Origin: an uncultured Rhodoplanes sp.
GTDB lineage: Bacteria; Pseudomonadota; Alphaproteobacteria; Rhizobiales; Xanthobacteraceae
Reading direction: 5' to 3'
DNA: 64,000 bases
NCBI GenBank assembly: GCA_964653225.1
Contig: CAZZCV010000006.1
Location: forward strand, 35,805-99,804
The notes beneath the pieces were generated by a model. It made no database searches and was not told where the DNA came from. It saw only the letters and a list, made by a program, of their open reading frames with translations. Of the stretch, positions 60,882 to 64,000 are shown piece after piece; position 1 is the first letter of the stretch; each line of letters opens with the position of its first letter. A program made the translations under genes and the position numbers.

Positions 60882-61642
60882 CCGCGGGCAACGACGCAAG
60901 GGCGAGGCCAGCCATGCCGCGCAGCACCCCGGTCTTCATCGTCTGCTCGTCGCGGCCGCGCGTCGGCAAGACTCTGCTGGCGCGTGTCATCGTCGAGTAT
61001 TTCCGCAACGAAAACCGCACGGTCGCGGCCTTCGATGCCAACCCCGGAAACTTCGCGCTGGTCGACCATCTGCCGGGCCACACCGCGGTCGCCACGCTCA
61101 ACGACGTGCGCGGCGAGATGGCGCTGTTCGACCAGCTCGTCGCGCCCGATCTCGTCCCCAAGGTGGTCGATCTGGAGCCGGGCCTGTTCGACCGCTTCTT
61201 CGGCGTGGTGCAGGAGATCGATTTCCTTCGCGAAACGCGCCGCAACGCGATCGCTCCGGTCGCGCTGTTCCTCGCCGATCCCGATCCGCGCTCCGTCCAC
61301 GGCTATGCGGTTCTGCGCGAGCGGATGCCGGATCTGCCCCTGCTGCCGGTGTTCAACGACGCGCTGCCGGGCATGTTCCGCTGCCGCGACAGCTTCCCTG
61401 CGCCGCCACAGGGCGGAACGCCGCTGGTCATCCCGCCGGTGTCGCCGGTGCTCAAGGGCGTTTTCGAGCGGCAGGGCTTCTCGTTCGCGGACTTCATCGC
61501 GCAGCCCTACAACCGGACCAGCGAGCTGTTCGACTGGACCGGGCAGATGTTCGCCCAGCTTCGCGAGATCGAGCTGCGCCAGCTTCTGGCCGACATGAAG
61601 CCGACGCTGGAGGCCGAGTTGCGACGGATGGCGCGCCGCTGA
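60878..61642 (+). CDS. Second, divergent ParA/MinD-like P-loop protein
   Basis: CSSRPRVGKTLLAR, AAFDAN, VVDLEPG; colinear with upstream gene; ATGA overlap. Confidence 0.72.
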   Translation: MTAGNDARARPAMPRSTPVFIVCSSRPRVGKTLLARVIVEYFRNENRTVAAFDANPGNFALVDHLPGHTAVATLNDVRGEMALFDQLVAPDLVPKVVDLEPGLFDRFFGVVQEIDFLRETRRNAIAPVALFLADPDPRSVHGYAVLRERMPDLPLLPVFNDALPGMFRCRDSFPAPPQGGTPLVIPPVSPVLKGVFERQGFSFADFIAQPYNRTSELFDWTGQMFAQLREIELRQLLADMKPTLEAELRRMARR

Positions 61643-61657
61643 GGACGGCCTGCGAAG

Positions 61658-62206
61658 TCAGTGCCCCTCGAAGCTGACCAGCGTGCGCACGGGCACGTCG
61701 AGCGCGCGCAGCTTGGCCGCGCCGCCCAGCTCCGGCAGGTCGACGATGAAGCAGGCGGCCAGCACCTCCGCGCCCATCCGGCGCAGAAGCTTCACCGCGC
61801 CCTCGGCGGTGCCGCCGGTGGCGATCAGATCGTCCACCAGGATCACGCGCTCGCCCGGCCTCACCGCGTCCTCGTGCATCTCCATCTCGTCGATGCCGTA
61901 CTCCAGCGAATAGGCGATGCGAACGGTCGTGTGCGGCAGCTTGCCCTTCTTGCGGATCGGCACGAAGCCGGCCGACACCTGATGCGCCACCGCGCCCCCC
62001 AGGATAAAGCCCCGCGCCTCGATCCCCGCAACCTTATCGACCTTGGAGCCCGGCCAGGGCTGCACCAGCTCGTCCACGGCGCGGCGGAAGGCGCGCGCGT
62101 CGCCGAGCAGCGTGGTGATGTCCCGGAACATGATGCCGGGCTTGGGATAGTCCGCAATCGTGCGGATCGCGGACTTCAGGTCGTTCTCGGAAAAGGCGGA
62201 AACCAT
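61658..62206 (-). CDS. apt: Adenine phosphoribosyltransferase
   Basis: [43 protein letters not shown]. Confidence 0.97.
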   Translation of the reverse strand: MVSAFSENDLKSAIRTIADYPKPGIMFRDITTLLGDARAFRRAVDELVQPWPGSKVDKVAGIEARGFILGGAVAHQVSAGFVPIRKKGKLPHTTVRIAYSLEYGIDEMEMHEDAVRPGERVILVDDLIATGGTAEGAVKLLRRMGAEVLAACFIVDLPELGGAAKLRALDVPVRTLVSFEGH

Positions 62207-62299
62207 CGGGCACTCGCGTCGTGGAACGGAACGGTTCGGCAGGCCGTCCCAATGTGTCGAACCGCGACCGGCCGCGCAACCGCCGCGGCGCGGACGGCC

Positions 62300-64000
62300 T
62301 TATTGCCGCAGGTGGCGGATCATGGCGCCGATGACGTTGGAATAGTCGTCGGTCCAGACCCACTCGCCGGGGTTGGGCTCCTGCACGATCCAGTCCCCGG
62401 ACCGGGTGAGCGCTCCCATGTCCTCGTCGCGGCGCGCCACCGCCACCACGGTGGAGGCGTATTTGCGGGCGGCCTCGTCGAAGTCGTCGGCGTCGTTGGT
62501 GCGCGCGACGAGCCCGTTGGCCTGCGCCACGCCCGCGACCACCGGCGCCAGCGTCATGTGGCGGTTGGTGACGTGCATCAGGATCAGCCCGTCGGGCGCG
62601 ATCTTCCGCGCGTAGATCGCCATCGCCTCCTGGGTCAGAAGGTGCGTGGGGATCGCGTCGGAGGAGAAGGCATCCACCACCAGCACGTCGTAGGCCCCGT
62701 CCGGCGCATCGACCAGCGTGAGGCGCGCATCGCCGATCACCACCGGCATGTCCGGCATGCAGGCGGAGATGTAGGTGAAGCGCTTGGGGTCGCGCGCGAT
62801 CCGCTCCACCGCAGGATCGATCTCGTAATAGCGCAGCGTGTCGCCGGGCCGGGTCTGACAGGCGAGGCTGCCGGTGCCGAGCCCCACGACCGCGATCCGG
62901 ATCGGCCCGTTGCGCCGCCCGCGCATCGCCACGATGCCCTGGTTGAGCGGCGACTCGTCGTAGTAATAGGTCAGCACCTCGGGCCGCCCGGTCAGCCGCT
63001 TGCCCTGATCGTCCAGAAGGCGCTCGGCGCCGTGCTCGATGATGCCGTGCTTGAGCACGCGGAACCGGCCGTCGTCGCTGTCGAGGATCTTGTGCACGCC
63101 GAAGAAGCTGCGCACGAAATCCTGCCGGCCGCTGTCTGCGCCGAACAGCGCCGCGAACATCAGCGCCAGCACGATCAGTGCGGCGAACGGCAGCACCCGG
63201 AGCTGGACCGCGAAGGCCACCAGCAGGATCGCCCACGCCACCTGGTCGAAGCGCCGGCCGTCGAACTCGTAGCCGGCGCCATGGGCGAGGCCCAGCATGC
63301 CGGCCGCCGCGACCGCGGCGATGCCGATCAGGCTCCAGTCGAGCAGCCCGCGCGGCCGCGACAGGCCGGGCCGGCACAGTGCCGCGAGCGCGATCAGCGC
63401 CGGGAACTCGATCACCCAGTTGAAGAGCTGCATGGCGATCAGGCCGGTCAGCATGCCGCCCACCACACCGCCGAACGACAGCCAGAGATAGAACGCCGTC
63501 AGGTGCCGCACCGGCGGCCGCCGGCGCGCCAGCTCGCCGTGGCACACCATCGCGATCACGAAGAAGCCCGCGATGTTCACCGCGAGCGCCGCGAAGATCT
63601 CGCCCGTGGGCTCGATCGCGTACCACACCACCAGCAGCACGATGGCCGCGGGCTGGATCGCGACCATGATCCGGTGCGGCAGCAGCGGCCGCGTCTGGAA
63701 CGCGATCACGAAGGTCGCAAGGTAGAGCGCGAGCGGGATCACCCAGAGGAACGGCGAGGCCGCGACGTCGGTGGAGATGTGCGCCGTGACCGCGATCAGC
63801 AGGCCCGAAGGCACCGCCGCATAGGCGATCCAGGTCGCGACCTCGCGCCACGACGGCGCCGGCGCATCCTCCGCGCTCGCCCCGGACTCCGCGCCGGGCG
63901 AGCGGATGGTGAGCAGGCCGCAGACGGCGATCAGCGCGATCAGCGCGAAGAATCCCGCCGACCAGCCGAAGGTCTGCTGGCCGAGGCGGCTGAACGGCTC
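62300..64000 (-). CDS. Membrane-fused spermidine synthase-like / SAM-dependent transferase, 5' end outside window
   Basis: Frame open to window edge; many TMs (CHGELA, FYLWLSFGG) then VVGLGTGSLA, YEIDP, GDAR, DAFSSDAIPTHLLT.EA, WTDDYSN. Confidence 0.88.
   Translation of the reverse strand, partial: EPFSRLGQQTFGWSAGFFALIALIAVCGLLTIRSPGAESGASAEDAPAPSWREVATWIAYAAVPSGLLIAVTAHISTDVAASPFLWVIPLALYLATFVIAFQTRPLLPHRIMVAIQPAAIVLLVVWYAIEPTGEIFAALAVNIAGFFVIAMVCHGELARRRPPVRHLTAFYLWLSFGGVVGGMLTGLIAMQLFNWVIEFPALIALAALCRPGLSRPRGLLDWSLIGIAAVAAAGMLGLAHGAGYEFDGRRFDQVAWAILLVAFAVQLRVLPFAALIVLALMFAALFGADSGRQDFVRSFFGVHKILDSDDGRFRVLKHGIIEHGAERLLDDQGKRLTGRPEVLTYYYDESPLNQGIVAMRGRRNGPIRIAVVGLGTGSLACQTRPGDTLRYYEIDPAVERIARDPKRFTYISACMPDMPVVIGDARLTLVDAPDGAYDVLVVDAFSSDAIPTHLLTQEAMAIYARKIAPDGLILMHVTNRHMTLAPVVAGVAQANGLVARTNDADDFDEAARKYASTVVAVARRDEDMGALTRSGDWIVQEPNPGEWVWTDDYSNVIGAMIRHLRQ

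Overview
High-GC (roughly 70% by eye) chromosomal segment of an alphaproteobacterium. Gene order points to Hyphomicrobiales/Rhizobiales, probably Xanthobacteraceae or Nitrobacteraceae. Most of the window is core genome. It holds the pbp1A-DUF1214-DUF1254 ... DUF2336-DUF1491-PG-binding-divJ-DUF5330-sufE-[DnaA_C HTH + DUF6456]-mucR block, then sodB, folP-folB-folK, methylmalonyl-CoA mutase (mutA/scpA) with meaB, moaB, ccrM, mutY, DciA/DUF721-dsbA-smc, lemA-htpX and apt. The left end carries transporters, a PAS-PAS-GGDEF protein and a small catabolic islet (alpha/beta hydrolase, cytoplasmic Asp-box propeller, Bug receptor, IclR, TRAP). I saw no rRNA, tRNA, CRISPR, IS or prophage. The most interesting signals are: (i) an unannotated ~80-nt sRNA candidate with a perfect EcfG (GGAAC-N16-CGTT) promoter, a C-rich loop and a strong terminator, preceded by a palindromic DnaA-box pair; (ii) a gafY/gafZ-like gene-transfer-agent activator pair next to mucR; (iii) a translationally coupled pair of orphan ParA/MinD-like ATPases; (iv) perfect CtrA boxes in front of uncharacterised genes, including a secreted SGNH-hydrolase-like protein; (v) a TA module and an orphan ORF lying between scpA and meaB. 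Family names come from motif recognition and recalled synteny, not from database searches. Several start codons were re-picked from the ORF track.
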